A stretch of 64,000 nucleotides of DNA from Quinella sp. 2Q5 (GTDB lineage: Bacteria; Bacillota; Negativicutes; Selenomonadales; Selenomonadaceae), in the NCBI GenBank assembly GCA_015206785.1, contig JADEZQ010000011.1, positions 543 to 64,542 of the forward strand, given 5' to 3'. A program made the position numbers and the translations under genes. Within the stretch, counting starts at the first letter, position 1. Each line of letters starts with the position of its first letter. This document shows, piece after piece, positions 27,091 to 36,784 of the stretch. The notes beneath the pieces are model-generated. The model was not told the DNA's origin. It saw only the letters and a program-made list of their open reading frames with translations, and did not search any database.

Positions 27091-27891
27091 TCAATCTTTG
27101 AAGGCGAATTTGATTCGTTGTGAGGCGGGCGACAGTTTGACGTCCAGCGCGTGCGCCAAAACATTGGTCATGGTGCAATCTATTTGAACGAATTCCTGCG
27201 GCGAAATCTGGCTGTAGAACTGCGGCGTCCACGAATTGTGCAACAACAGCATATCGGCGCGAATGTCCTGCGCGGGGCGGCTCTGCATGAAATAATATTG
27301 CACGTAAGCCAAATGATGATCCGTCGTGTCGGAAATAAGTTCTTTCTCCGGCATGGTCAAGCTGGCGTCGATGATATTTAGCTCGTCAGGAAAATTCGGC
27401 GCGTAGCTGTCGAGGAATTCATTGCCGAGAAAATCCCAGGCAATTGATTCGTAGCGACCGATGTTCCAAATCCGTTCGCGAATAAACTCGCGCCAAAGAC
27501 TCATGCACATGGAATTGGGCGGCGTGTTTATGAAGGCGGCGTGCACCGTTTGAGCCTTGGGGTCGCCGAAGAGAACGGTGCGGTGTTTTTCGTCGGGCAG
27601 GAAATATTTTTGCGCATTCGGGCTCAAGATTATCGTGTCGACGTCTAACCAAACTCCGCCGTACTTTGCCAACAGCGCGGCTCTTATGGCGTCGGCGACG
27701 TGCATCAGTCTAAATCGTCCGTCGGAAAAGAGATTGAGCCCCAGCTCGCGCACGTCGAGGAACTCGCCGATGTTTTTGTAGTCGAGGACGATGATTGTGG
27801 CGTCGGGCAAAAATTTTTTCCACGTCTCCATACACAGCCGCAGATAGAACGGCATGTTCTCGCGCGGTTCCCAAAATGTGTAGACGAACAT
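27091..27891 (-). CDS. Glycosyltransferase, capsular-polysaccharide-synthesis (Caps_synth/GT32-like) family
   Basis: YTFWEPRENMP and ADAIRAALLAKYGGVWLDVDT motifs. ATG 27891 follows GGAGGTGG. Confidence 0.7.
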   Translation of the reverse strand: MFVYTFWEPRENMPFYLRLCMETWKKFLPDATIIVLDYKNIGEFLDVRELGLNLFSDGRFRLMHVADAIRAALLAKYGGVWLDVDTIILSPNAQKYFLPDEKHRTVLFGDPKAQTVHAAFINTPPNSMCMSLWREFIRERIWNIGRYESIAWDFLGNEFLDSYAPNFPDELNIIDASLTMPEKELISDTTDHHLAYVQYYFMQSRPAQDIRADMLLLHNSWTPQFYSQISPQEFVQIDCTMTNVLAHALDVKLSPASQRIKFAFKD

Positions 27892-27942
27892 TGAAACCAC
27901 CTCCACGAAAAATTTTAGCACGGACGCCGCAACGGGTCAAAC

Positions 27943-28647
27943 TCACTTCGTCAGCGCGAGGAAGGTCTCTTCCAACGAATGTCCCGCGCAAAGGTTTGCC
28001 GTGGTGTCCAGTGCGACGAGCCTGCCGCGGTTGAGGATGGCCACGCGGTCGCAGAGGAACTGCGCCTCTTCGATGTAATGCGTTGTCAGGACGATGGTTA
28101 TGCCCCGCCGCTTGAGTTCGCCGATTAGCTCCCAAATTTTTCGGCGGACTTGCGGATCGAGCGCGACGGTCGGTTCGTCAAGCAACAGAATCTGCGGACG
28201 ATGGATCAGTGCGCGAATGATGAGCAGACGACGTTTCATGCCGCCCGACAGCTCCGCCACGTTCGCCGCCCGCACACGTTCAAGTTCCACGAATTTCAAC
28301 AGCTCGTCGATTCGTTCGCGTCGTTCATTCGGCGGCAGATGATGTAGCCGCGCGTGCAGCTCCAGGTTCTCCTCGACGGTCAAGTCGCGGTCAAAATTCA
28401 AATGTTGCGGCACGAGACCGAGCAGGCTTTTGACGCGCAGTTCGTTGCCACGGATTGGCAGCCCGTCAAAAAAAATTTCGCCCGACGTCGGTTGCAGTTG
28501 CAGCGTCAGCATTTTGATGGACGTCGTCTTGCCCGCGCCGTTCTTGCCGAGCAGCCCGAAGACCTCGCCGCGGTTTATGACAAAACTCACGCCGTCAACC
28601 GCGCGCGTCGTGCCGAAAGTCCTTTCCACGTCACGAAATTCAATCAT
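27943..28647 (-). CDS. ABC transporter ATP-binding protein (ABC-2/DrrA-like)
   Basis: Walker A GKNGAGKTT, signature LSGGMKRRL and Walker B LLLDEPT. Confidence 0.85.
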   Translation of the reverse strand: MIEFRDVERTFGTTRAVDGVSFVINRGEVFGLLGKNGAGKTTSIKMLTLQLQPTSGEIFFDGLPIRGNELRVKSLLGLVPQHLNFDRDLTVEENLELHARLHHLPPNERRERIDELLKFVELERVRAANVAELSGGMKRRLLIIRALIHRPQILLLDEPTVALDPQVRRKIWELIGELKRRGITIVLTTHYIEEAQFLCDRVAILNRGRLVALDTTANLCAGHSLEETFLALTK

Positions 28648-28675
28648 ATCTGTCACTCTCCGCACAAAATTTTAA

Positions 28676-28704
28676 TTGCAAGCTAAATCGCTACGGTGTA
28701 GAAT
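28676..28704 (+). promoter_or_regulatory. Sigma-70-type promoter for the LysR gene
   Basis: TTGCAA, 17 nt, TAGAAT. Confidence 0.5.
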
Positions 28705-28759
28705 ATAAACTGCAGTTATCGTAAAATCTTCGACACCACGAGCAAAGGAAGTGATTGGC

Positions 28760-29629
28760 ATGGAACTGAGACAGCTGGAATATTTCCAGATGGCTAGCCG
28801 CCTCAAGAACATCACCCGCGCCGCGCAAAGACTCCGAGTTTCGCAACCGAACATCACCGTGGCAATCAAGAAGTTGGAAGCTGAGCTGGGCGTGCAACTC
28901 TTTGACCGCAGCCAAAAACAGCTGACGTTGACGCCCGAAGGCAAGGTCTTCCTCAAGCGAATCGAATTGGCACTGCGCAATATCGACGACGCCGTTCTGG
29001 AAGTCAACGACTACAAACAGCTGCAGAAGGGCACAATCAAAATCGGTATCCCGCCGATGATGGGTGCCTATCTCTTCCCGAAAGTTTTTTCCGGCTTCCG
29101 CCACCTGCACCCGAATCTGGACGTGTTGCTTTATGAGGAAGGCTCCCTGACCATACGCGAGAAGCTGGAGAGCGACGAATTAGACTTCGGCATAATCGTT
29201 GTGCCTGAAACCGCGCCGAACCTCAACGTGCTGAAGATGAGCCGCAATCAGCTGATGGTTTGCGTGGCGCAACAGAGCCCGCTCGCCGGCAAAGAAGAGA
29301 TCACTCCCAAGGACATTGCCGAAGCCGATTTGATCATGATGAAGGAAGGCTCGTATCTGCGCAAGATTGTCCAGGGGAAATTGTCCGCGCTGAAAATTTC
29401 GCCGCGCACCGTGCTCGAATCTGGGCAAATCGTCACGATCAAAGGTCTCGTCGCTCATCAAGTGGGCATAGCCTTCCTGCTCGACTTCATCTGCGAAAAC
29501 TCGCACGACATCCGCGCAATCCCGTTCTATGAGCCAATCTTCGTGGATATCGGTTTGGCATGGAAGCGCGACAAATACGTCTCGAAGGCGGCGCAGGCGT
29601 TCATAGATTTTTGCAAGAACCCGCTGTAA
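28760..29629 (+). CDS. LysR-family transcriptional regulator
   Basis: N-terminal wHTH (LRQLEYFQMASRLKNITRAAQRLRVSQPNITVAIKKLE) and a substrate-binding domain. Confidence 0.85.
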   Translation: MELRQLEYFQMASRLKNITRAAQRLRVSQPNITVAIKKLEAELGVQLFDRSQKQLTLTPEGKVFLKRIELALRNIDDAVLEVNDYKQLQKGTIKIGIPPMMGAYLFPKVFSGFRHLHPNLDVLLYEEGSLTIREKLESDELDFGIIVVPETAPNLNVLKMSRNQLMVCVAQQSPLAGKEEITPKDIAEADLIMMKEGSYLRKIVQGKLSALKISPRTVLESGQIVTIKGLVAHQVGIAFLLDFICENSHDIRAIPFYEPIFVDIGLAWKRDKYVSKAAQAFIDFCKNPL

Positions 29630-29647
29630 AAAATATTCTTGACCGAA

Positions 29648-29692
29648 ATAAGAGCTCGACTCCGAAACCGAAGCCGAGCTTTTATTTTGCGG
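29648..29692. terminator. Bidirectional terminator between the LysR gene and trpB
   Basis: AGAGCTCG, loop, CGAGCT followed by TTTTATTTT. On the other strand it is followed by a weaker, interrupted T-rich stretch (CTTATTTC). Confidence 0.55.
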
Positions 29693-29698
29693 TTGATG

Positions 29699-31567
29699 TC
29701 AATCGCTGATGTCTTCGCCGCGATATCTGGCGACGGACGCGCAATCTTTGTCGCCGCGGCCGCTGAGTGTGATGACGATGATTTTGTCGCGGCTCATGGT
29801 CGGGGCAAGCTTGAGGACGTGTGCGACGGCGTGTGCGGATTCAATCGCGGGGATAATGCCTTCGGTGCGCGAGAGGTATTCAAATGCGTCGACAGCCTCG
29901 GCGTCGGTGACGGGGACGTATTCGGCGCGACCGATGTCGTGCAGGTGAGCGTGTTCGGGACCGATGCCGGGATAGTCCAACCCCGCGCTGATGGAATAGA
30001 CCGGCGCGATTTGACCGTAGGCGTCTTGGCAGAAGTAAGACTTCATGCCGTGAAAAATTCCCGTGCGCCCCGTGGCAATCGTCGCGGCAGTCTCGAAGGT
30101 ATCAACGCCACGCCCCGCCGCCTCGCAACCGATTAGTCGAACGCTTTTGTCGCCGATGAAGTCGTAGAACGTGCCGATTGAGTTTGAGCCGCCGCCCACG
30201 CAAGCCGTCACCACATCCGGCAGACGGCCTTCCACCTCGCGCAGCTGACGTTTGATTTCGCGCCCGATGACGGCTTGGAAGTCGCGAACAATCGTCGGGA
30301 AGGGGTGCGGTCCCATCACCGAGCCCAGGCAGTAATGCGTGTCGGCAATGCGGTTGGTCCATTCGCGGAAGGTTTCGCTCACGGCGTCTTTGAGGGTGCC
30401 CGTTCCGCTGTCGACGGGGACGACCTTTGCGCCGAGGAGTTTCATGCGGTAAACGTTCAATGCTTGGCGACGCGTGTCCTCCACGCCCATGAAGACGACG
30501 CATTCCATGCCCAGCAGAGCGGCGGCAGTCGCGGTTGCCACGCCGTGCTGACCCGCGCCCGTCTCGGCAATTAGCCGACGCTTGCCCATCTTCTTGGCGA
30601 GCAGTGCCTGACCGAGGACGTTGTTGATTTTGTGCGAGCCCGTGTGATTCAAATCTTCGCGCTTGAGATAAATTTTCGCGCCGCCCAAATCGTCAGTCAT
30701 CTTTCGCGCGAAATACAACAGCGACGGACGACCCGCGTAATTCGTGAACAGCTCATCAAGTTCGCGCTTGAAGGCGTCGTCGTCTTTGAAGCGGTTGTAA
30801 GCGTCTTCAAGCTCAAGCACCGCGTTCATCAGCGTTTCGGGAATGTATTGCCCGCCGTAAATGCCGAAGCGTCCGTTTCGATTCGTCATAAAACTTTCCT
30901 CGCTTACTTCGTGTTTAGGATCTACTCTTTCTTTGCCGGCAATGCGCGGTCGTGTTGACGGCTCAGGCGACGGGTGACGAACGGCTTCGGCGAAGGCTGT
31001 CATTCTGTCAAAATTTTTGCGCCCGTCGACTTCGATGCCGGAGCTCACGTCCACGGCGAACGGTTGAAGCTGTTCAATCGCGTTGCGGACGTTGTCGACC
31101 GTCAAGCCGCCCGCCAGAAAATATTTCCGCGGAAAATTTTTCAGCAACCGCCAATCGAACGTGAGCCCGTCGCCGGCACCCGCATCCAACAGCACGCAAT
31201 CGGCACTGCTGCGAGCCGCCGCCGCCACGTCGTCAATCGTCTGCACCCTGAACGCTTGGATTATTGGCTTGCTCGTCAAAGCGCGAAGACTTTCGATATA
31301 CGCCGCGTCCTCGGAGCCGTGAAGCTGTGCGATGTCGATTGTGCCGAAGTTCAGAAGCTTGCCGACCGCCGCGACGTCAGCATTGACGAAGACTCCGACC
31401 GCGCGAATTTTTTTCGACAATGCGCCGCGAAGTTTGTCCGCCGTGTCGAAGGTGATGCGGCGTCGACTGTTGGGCGCGAAGACGAAACCGACGTACTCAG
31501 GAAAAATTTCGTTGGCGGCAAGGACGTCGTCGAGCGTGCGCAGTCCGCAGAATTTTATCGCCGTCAT
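29699..31567 (-). CDS. trpB: In-frame trpF~trpB ORF: phosphoribosylanthranilate isomerase (N-terminal, about 200 aa), a 28-aa linker, and tryptophan synthase beta
   Basis: Continuous 622-aa ORF. The TrpF part runs MTAIKFCGL to FAEAVRH. The TrpB part starts at [13 protein letters not shown] and has the PLP lysine motif HTGSHKINN. TrpB also keeps its own GAGGAAAG RBS and ATG at 30889. Confidence 0.85.
   Translation of the reverse strand: MTAIKFCGLRTLDDVLAANEIFPEYVGFVFAPNSRRRITFDTADKLRGALSKKIRAVGVFVNADVAAVGKLLNFGTIDIAQLHGSEDAAYIESLRALTSKPIIQAFRVQTIDDVAAAARSSADCVLLDAGAGDGLTFDWRLLKNFPRKYFLAGGLTVDNVRNAIEQLQPFAVDVSSGIEVDGRKNFDRMTAFAEAVRHPSPEPSTRPRIAGKERVDPKHEVSEESFMTNRNGRFGIYGGQYIPETLMNAVLELEDAYNRFKDDDAFKRELDELFTNYAGRPSLLYFARKMTDDLGGAKIYLKREDLNHTGSHKINNVLGQALLAKKMGKRRLIAETGAGQHGVATATAAALLGMECVVFMGVEDTRRQALNVYRMKLLGAKVVPVDSGTGTLKDAVSETFREWTNRIADTHYCLGSVMGPHPFPTIVRDFQAVIGREIKRQLREVEGRLPDVVTACVGGGSNSIGTFYDFIGDKSVRLIGCEAAGRGVDTFETAATIATGRTGIFHGMKSYFCQDAYGQIAPVYSISAGLDYPGIGPEHAHLHDIGRAEYVPVTDAEAVDAFEYLSRTEGIIPAIESAHAVAHVLKLAPTMSRDKIIVITLSGRGDKDCASVARYRGEDISD
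30911..30945 (-). repeat. Degenerate remnant of the interspersed repeat, forming the trpF-trpB linker
   Basis: Minus strand reads TTGCCGG followed by CAAAGAAAGAGTAGATCCTAAAC. This matches the end of the 12-bp stem-loop plus the 3' arm of copy 1 (1 mismatch), with the middle of the element deleted. Confidence 0.6.
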
Positions 31568-32346
31568 GCGACACCTCGCAGTTCGTTGAGCTTGGCTTTC
31601 TTGTCAGCGGCACGCATCAAAGTTTCGCCAATCAACACGGCGTCGGCACCGAGCGCGCGAATTTTCCTGACGTCGTCGACAGTCCGCACGCCGCTTTCCG
31701 AAACGAACAGCACATCCGGCGGCACGAGCTCACGCAAACGTTTGGCGTTGTCGGTGTCGATGGTGAAGTCGCGCAGGTTTCGGTTGTTGACGCCGATTAT
31801 CCGCGCACCGCAATTCACAGCGAGCTTGACCTCGTGAGCGTCGTGAGCCTCAACCAAAGCCGACAGACCGAGTTGGTCGCACGTCGCCAAAAATTTTTTC
31901 AGCCGCGCCTCGTCGAGCAGTGAACATATCAACAGCACCGCCGCCGCACCGAGAGTCTTCGCCTGATGGAGCATGTACTCGTCCACGACGAAATCTTTGC
32001 GCAGGCACGGGATTGATACCGCCGCCGCGATGTCCGACAGGAATTCGTCCGCGCCGAGGAAGAATTCGGGTTCAGTGAGCACCGAGATGGCGTCCGCGCC
32101 GGCCGCCTCGTATTCGCGGGCGATGTCGATGTGCGGGAAGTTTTCGGCGATGAGACCCTTTGACGGCGACGCCTTCTTGCATTCGCAGATGAAAGCCAGC
32201 CCGTCACCTGCAAGCGCGGTTTCAAATTCGAAGGTGCCACGCGGCAAACTCAACGCACGCTCACGCATCAGGTCGGCGGAAATTTTTTCACGGTCACGGG
32301 CGACGCGCAACTTCGTCCGCTCGGCAATGGTGTCGAGTATCGTCAT
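31564..32346 (-). CDS. trpC: Indole-3-glycerol phosphate synthase
   Basis: [12 protein letters not shown] and other IGPS TIM-barrel motifs. Has 4-nt overlaps with trpD and trpF. Confidence 0.9.
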   Translation of the reverse strand: MTILDTIAERTKLRVARDREKISADLMRERALSLPRGTFEFETALAGDGLAFICECKKASPSKGLIAENFPHIDIAREYEAAGADAISVLTEPEFFLGADEFLSDIAAAVSIPCLRKDFVVDEYMLHQAKTLGAAAVLLICSLLDEARLKKFLATCDQLGLSALVEAHDAHEVKLAVNCGARIIGVNNRNLRDFTIDTDNAKRLRELVPPDVLFVSESGVRTVDDVRKIRALGADAVLIGETLMRAADKKAKLNELRGVA

Positions 32347-33359
32347 GAGTTCGACACCTCAACGAACCTGTTCAACGTCGCGGAAGCTTTGCCGCCGTCA
32401 ATCAACGTCGCCGCCAGCTCCACGCCCGCCGCGAAGCTTTGCGCTTTGCCGCCGATATAAAGAGCCGCGCCCGCGTTCATGAGGACAGCGTTGCGTTTGT
32501 GACCGCCCTCGCCGTTGAGAATCGCGCGAGTGATCGCCGCGTTGTCGGAGGGGTCGCCGCCGCGCAGGTCGTCGCGTGTGCAACGGTCGAAGCCAAAATC
32601 TTCGGGCTTGACGACATAATTTTTGATCCAGCCGTCGTTAATCTCGCAAATGGACGTCGGTGCGCTCAATGAAATTTCGTCGAGCTTATCGAGCCCGTAG
32701 ACGACCATGCCGCGCTTGACGCCGAGGCTGACGAGAACTTGAGCCAGCGGCGCAACGAGATACTCCGCATAGACGCCGAGGATTTGCCGCGAAGGTTTGC
32801 CGGGATTCGTCAACGGACCGAGGATGTTGAACACTGTGCGAAAGCCCAGTTCCCGACGAATGGCACCGACGTATTTCATCGACGCGTGATACTTCTGCGC
32901 GAAGAAGAAGCATATGCCGACCGTGTTGAGAAGTTCGCGGCATTTGTCGGGCGATTGGTTGATGTTGACGCCGAGAGCCTCCAGACAGTCCGCGGCACCA
33001 CACTTCGACGAGGCAGCGCGGTTGCCGTGCTTAGCGACCTTGACGCCGCCCGCCGCCGCAATCAGAGCCGCCGTCGTCGAGATGTTGAAGCTGTTGGAAT
33101 TGTCCCCGCCCGTGCCGACAATCTCGAAGACGTCGAGCCCCGTGTCGACCGTCGTGGCATGAGCACGCATCGCCGCCGCGCAGCCTGCAATCTCGTCGGT
33201 AGTCTCTGCGCCCGCGCTCTTCGTCGACAACGCCGACAGAAACGCCGCGTTCTGCGTCGGAGTCGTCTGCCCGCTCATGATCTCGTTCATCACGGCAAAC
33301 GCCTCGTCGTAGCTGAGATCCTCCTTGTTCACGATTTTAACGATGGCCTCTTTAATCAT
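32343..33359 (-). CDS. trpD: Anthranilate phosphoribosyltransferase
   Basis: [10 protein letters not shown] start after AAAGGAG, plus GTGGD and KHGNRA motifs. The listed ORF start at 33650 is an upstream read-through of non-coding DNA. Confidence 0.9.
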   Translation of the reverse strand: MIKEAIVKIVNKEDLSYDEAFAVMNEIMSGQTTPTQNAAFLSALSTKSAGAETTDEIAGCAAAMRAHATTVDTGLDVFEIVGTGGDNSNSFNISTTAALIAAAGGVKVAKHGNRAASSKCGAADCLEALGVNINQSPDKCRELLNTVGICFFFAQKYHASMKYVGAIRRELGFRTVFNILGPLTNPGKPSRQILGVYAEYLVAPLAQVLVSLGVKRGMVVYGLDKLDEISLSAPTSICEINDGWIKNYVVKPEDFGFDRCTRDDLRGGDPSDNAAITRAILNGEGGHKRNAVLMNAGAALYIGGKAQSFAAGVELAATLIDGGKASATLNRFVEVSNS

Positions 33360-33401
33360 GGTTGAAACTCCTTTGAAACTTGATGGGGGTAGACCGCGCG
33401 T

Positions 33402-33430
33402 ACTATAACACAGCGCACGCCCCCTTGCAA
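33402..33430 (-). promoter_or_regulatory. Sigma-70-type promoter for trpDCF~B
   Basis: Minus strand reads TTGCAA, 17 nt, TATAGT. The leader is only about 40 nt. Confidence 0.5.
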
Positions 33431-33551
33431 GATTCGTCAATGTCACGCCCGCGCCTAAGCACGCCGTAAAAATTTCTAACCGTAAATTCATGCGCAACGG
33501 CACGATTCGCGTTATAATCTCCTCAGCAACTACGGAAGGCGGCGGATTTTT

Positions 33552-34784
33552 TTGTTTAGGGAAGTCACGAAGATTTTGCTCGGCGTCGCGCTTTTGTCGG
33601 TGATGTCGACGGCGGCGGCGAAAAGTTTGCCCGAAGTCGTCTGGTCGCACGACGTCTACACAATGACCATTGCCGACGATTACGTTTATGCCGACAAACG
33701 CCGCGGCTATCAGCTGCTAAACAGCGGCACGCCCGACGAGCAACAGTTCAACCGCGAAAAAATTTCCCGCGCCATCGACGCCAAGCTCAAGGCTCAAGCA
33801 AAATCTCTGCCGTTCAAATTGAAGACGACCTTCGACGCCAACGACATTGGCGAACGCAACTTCGACTTCAACGACCAAACTGTCGGCGGCGGCGTCATTG
33901 CCCTCGTGCCAATCGTCGTCATTGATTACGCCATAGAAACCGGCTACGTCATCGGCGGGCGCACCTATCACAAGTATCTGCTCGTCTCGGCGTTGGATAT
34001 CGCCTTTTGCAGCGAGGACAGCGACGGCGCGTTGACAATCGTCGGCAACATCCCATTGCACTTCTACGAAACGATTCCGCTGTCGAATTCTCTGGAGGCA
34101 ATGACCGAACGGGACCGCAGTGAACTTGCGCGGCTGTGGACGAATTTCACGGCGCAGATGATTGCAAAGCATCTGGACTTCACCAAGGCACGCAAGGTTC
34201 TGCGCGGCATAGAGACCAAACAGTTCGGCGAGACCTGGCGCGTGGAGAGCGTCGACTACACGTCGCGGACGGCGCGGGAACTTTTGGGCACGAATCGACG
34301 CGGCGAGCCCGTCAAGCTCATGCAACGTATCGCGGGAAATATTTTCACGGCGGACTTTGCCGCGCACACCGGCAACGTCGTCTACCCGATGATTCTTGAC
34401 GGCGACACGTCGAGCTGGACGACCGACGCCGCGCGAGATTTTTACGTCGCCAAGATGACAACGACGCATTCGAACGAGAGGATCATACGCATGCCAACCA
34501 AGGTCGATCACAAAATTTTTCTGGACGTGACGGGCGCGGGCAGCCGCGAGATTGAGACGAAGTACCGCTCCAACATCAACGGCTTCAAGATGTATCGGCT
34601 GTGGATGCGCAGCAAGATTGACGGCAAATCGATTGAGGTCACCAACGACATCATGGAAGAATTTTTTCGCAGCGGCTCTGCGGACAAAATCATCAAGGAC
34701 GACGCGGAAATCTTCGGCGGGCTGATGATTGGTGCCGCCATTAAATCCGCCGCGGCTCAAGCCGGAAAGAGGGTGCCGAAATGA
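33552..34784 (+). CDS. Secreted hypothetical protein A (410 aa)
   Basis: TTG start after GGAAGGCGGCGG. Sec signal peptide [17 protein letters not shown]|KS. No motif recognised. The C-terminus has a weakly hydrophobic segment plus a KRVPK tail. Confidence 0.55.
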   Translation: MFREVTKILLGVALLSVMSTAAAKSLPEVVWSHDVYTMTIADDYVYADKRRGYQLLNSGTPDEQQFNREKISRAIDAKLKAQAKSLPFKLKTTFDANDIGERNFDFNDQTVGGGVIALVPIVVIDYAIETGYVIGGRTYHKYLLVSALDIAFCSEDSDGALTIVGNIPLHFYETIPLSNSLEAMTERDRSELARLWTNFTAQMIAKHLDFTKARKVLRGIETKQFGETWRVESVDYTSRTARELLGTNRRGEPVKLMQRIAGNIFTADFAAHTGNVVYPMILDGDTSSWTTDAARDFYVAKMTTTHSNERIIRMPTKVDHKIFLDVTGAGSREIETKYRSNINGFKMYRLWMRSKIDGKSIEVTNDIMEEFFRSGSADKIIKDDAEIFGGLMIGAAIKSAAAQAGKRVPK

Positions 34785-35923
34785 AAACGTTGCTGAAAAT
34801 TTTTTTGCTGACGTTGACGCTGATGTTGACGTCGTCGGCTCAAGCGCAGGTCGTCACGGGATACGCGCCAATCGTCAACGGCAACATCGACGGCGCACGA
34901 CGCGACGCCCGCAATCGTGCTCTGCGTGAGGCCGTGGAATCGGCGGTCGGTGTCAAAATCCAAAGCACAACCGAGGTCGCGAACATGCTGGTCGTCAAGG
35001 ACGAGATCATCGCGAAGAGCGAAGGCTTCGTCACGATTGACCGCGTTCTGCGCGAAGAAGTTCGCGGCGAAATTTTTTTCATTGAACTCGACGTCACTGC
35101 CTCGGCGGACAGAATCAGAACCTTCGCCCGTGATCTGCGCAGTCAGCTGGAGGCAAACGTCAACGATTCGAATTCGCGCGGCGGCATAATGGTCGCGGTC
35201 GTTCGCAGAAATTCCGACGGCACCTGCAGCTACGACGCGGCGATTGGCGACTACATCAACGACAAGCTCAAGGCAATCGGGCTCAAGCCGTACGTCAACG
35301 ACAGCGTCAACGCCTACATCGCCCGCCACGCCGACGACCCCGACGTTCGCGTCCACGCCCGCACCATCGCCCGCGACAACCGCGAAGCTGAGAACGCTCT
35401 TCTGCGCGGCGTCACCGGCGTCGAGTCCGTGCGCAAGGTTGCCGGTCTGTACGAGGCGACGGTCAACGTGTCGTTCGAGCTGATCGGTCTGGATTCAAGC
35501 GACGTGGACGTTTACACCCGCACCGCTGTCGGCGTCGGCTCTACACGTCAAGCCGCCATCGACAGCGCGAAGGAAGTTGCCGTGCGCGAGGCGATTGACT
35601 CTTTGGCGCGGCAAGCTCTGGAAACTGTTCAGGACGAAACCCGCGGCGGTTACACCAACATCAAGACGACCGTCATCGTCGAGGGCGTCACCGATTACGA
35701 CGCGCAACTGCCGCTGATTCAGTCCGCCTTCGACGCCGCAGGTTGCACCGTCATCCGCATGACAAGACCCGCCGCAACTCGGCTGGCGTTCTTCGTGTCG
35801 AGCATCGACTTCGCCACAGTCAACGACCTGCAAGTCGCGCTGTTGAATTCAATCCCGCACATCAAACTCGGCATCACTCCCGCGGGCGAACACGGCTCCA
35901 CGAAAATCCATCTGACCTTTTGA
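34781..35923 (+). CDS. Secreted protein B with FlgT-N/LPP20-like modules (380 aa)
   Basis: ATGA overlap with A. Signal peptide ends SSAQA|QV. GYAPIVNGNIDGARRDARNRALREAVESAVGVKIQS resembles the FlgT N-terminal/LPP20 fold signature, and a second similar module occurs near GVGSTRQAAIDSAKEVAVREAIDSLARQA. Ends KIHLTF, with alternating hydrophobics and a terminal Phe. Confidence 0.55.
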   Translation: MKTLLKIFLLTLTLMLTSSAQAQVVTGYAPIVNGNIDGARRDARNRALREAVESAVGVKIQSTTEVANMLVVKDEIIAKSEGFVTIDRVLREEVRGEIFFIELDVTASADRIRTFARDLRSQLEANVNDSNSRGGIMVAVVRRNSDGTCSYDAAIGDYINDKLKAIGLKPYVNDSVNAYIARHADDPDVRVHARTIARDNREAENALLRGVTGVESVRKVAGLYEATVNVSFELIGLDSSDVDVYTRTAVGVGSTRQAAIDSAKEVAVREAIDSLARQALETVQDETRGGYTNIKTTVIVEGVTDYDAQLPLIQSAFDAAGCTVIRMTRPAATRLAFFVSSIDFATVNDLQVALLNSIPHIKLGITPAGEHGSTKIHLTF

Positions 35924-35932
35924 GGCGACACC

Positions 35933-36775
35933 ATGAAAAAATTTTTTCTGCTGACGATTATGCTGGCGGTGCTGACGTTGACGGCTCACGTTGCCGCGCA
36001 GGGCATCGCTTCCGGCGGCAGAGGCTCAACCGAAGTCGCCGCGGTCGAAGACATGAAGCTCACCGCCATCAAACGCGCACTGGCTCACCTGACTGCACGC
36101 AACGACGATCCCGCTTCGCCCTATCAACAGTTGCTGGCGGGCTACAGGAATTTCGTCGGCTCCGTCAAAATTTCCAAGCGCGGCAAAAATTCTCGCGGCG
36201 TCGTCGTCACCGGCACCGTCGAGATCAAATACGACGAGCTGCGTGCTCAATTCGGTCGGCTCATCAAAAATTCTCACGGCTCCGACATCACCCGCGAGGT
36301 CTACGTTTTCGTTCGCGTCGTCGGCGACATCACCGAGGCTCAACGTCGCGCGGCGGAAGAAATCATTCTGCAACGATATATGACGCGGCTGACGGAAAAT
36401 CGTTTCGTCGTGGCTGATGCGGACGAAGTCATCGGCGAACTTAGTCAGACGCGTGCAATGACCTTCGACGAGTTCGTCGCGTTCGTCGGGCGCAAAACCA
36501 TCGAGAACCCCGCCATCTGCACGGCAATCGTCGGCGAGCTGAAGCTCTCGCCCGTTGCCGCGGACGCCGACGGATTCACCGCCGCCTGCACCATGACGAT
36601 TCGCGCGGTGGATTGTCTGCGCGGCTTCATGACGATTGACGCGAGCGACGGCAGCGAAGTCCTGCGCATGAAAACTTTCGAGCGCATAGAAAATTTCCTC
36701 TGCGAGAAGGCGGCGGTTGCCTCCTCCAAGACCGTGACCGACAGCCTCGTTCGTCATTGGGCGGGGCAAATTTAG
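35933..36775 (+). CDS. Secreted hypothetical protein C (280 aa), weakly LPP20-like
   Basis: Signal peptide MKKFFLLTIMLAVLTLTAHVAA|QG. The mature N-terminus GRGSTEVAAVEDMKLTAIKRALAHL resembles the same module as protein B. Confidence 0.5.
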   Translation: MKKFFLLTIMLAVLTLTAHVAAQGIASGGRGSTEVAAVEDMKLTAIKRALAHLTARNDDPASPYQQLLAGYRNFVGSVKISKRGKNSRGVVVTGTVEIKYDELRAQFGRLIKNSHGSDITREVYVFVRVVGDITEAQRRAAEEIILQRYMTRLTENRFVVADADEVIGELSQTRAMTFDEFVAFVGRKTIENPAICTAIVGELKLSPVAADADGFTAACTMTIRAVDCLRGFMTIDASDGSEVLRMKTFERIENFLCEKAAVASSKTVTDSLVRHWAGQI

Positions 36776-36784
36776 GAGGCGAGC

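Noticed and set aside
33360-33401. Trp leader peptide/attenuator, T-box or TRAP-binding (GAG/TAG repeat) element upstream of trpD.
   Set aside because: The distance from the predicted -10 to the RBS is only about 40 nt. It contains no Trp codon leader ORF, no terminator/antiterminator pair and no triplet repeats.
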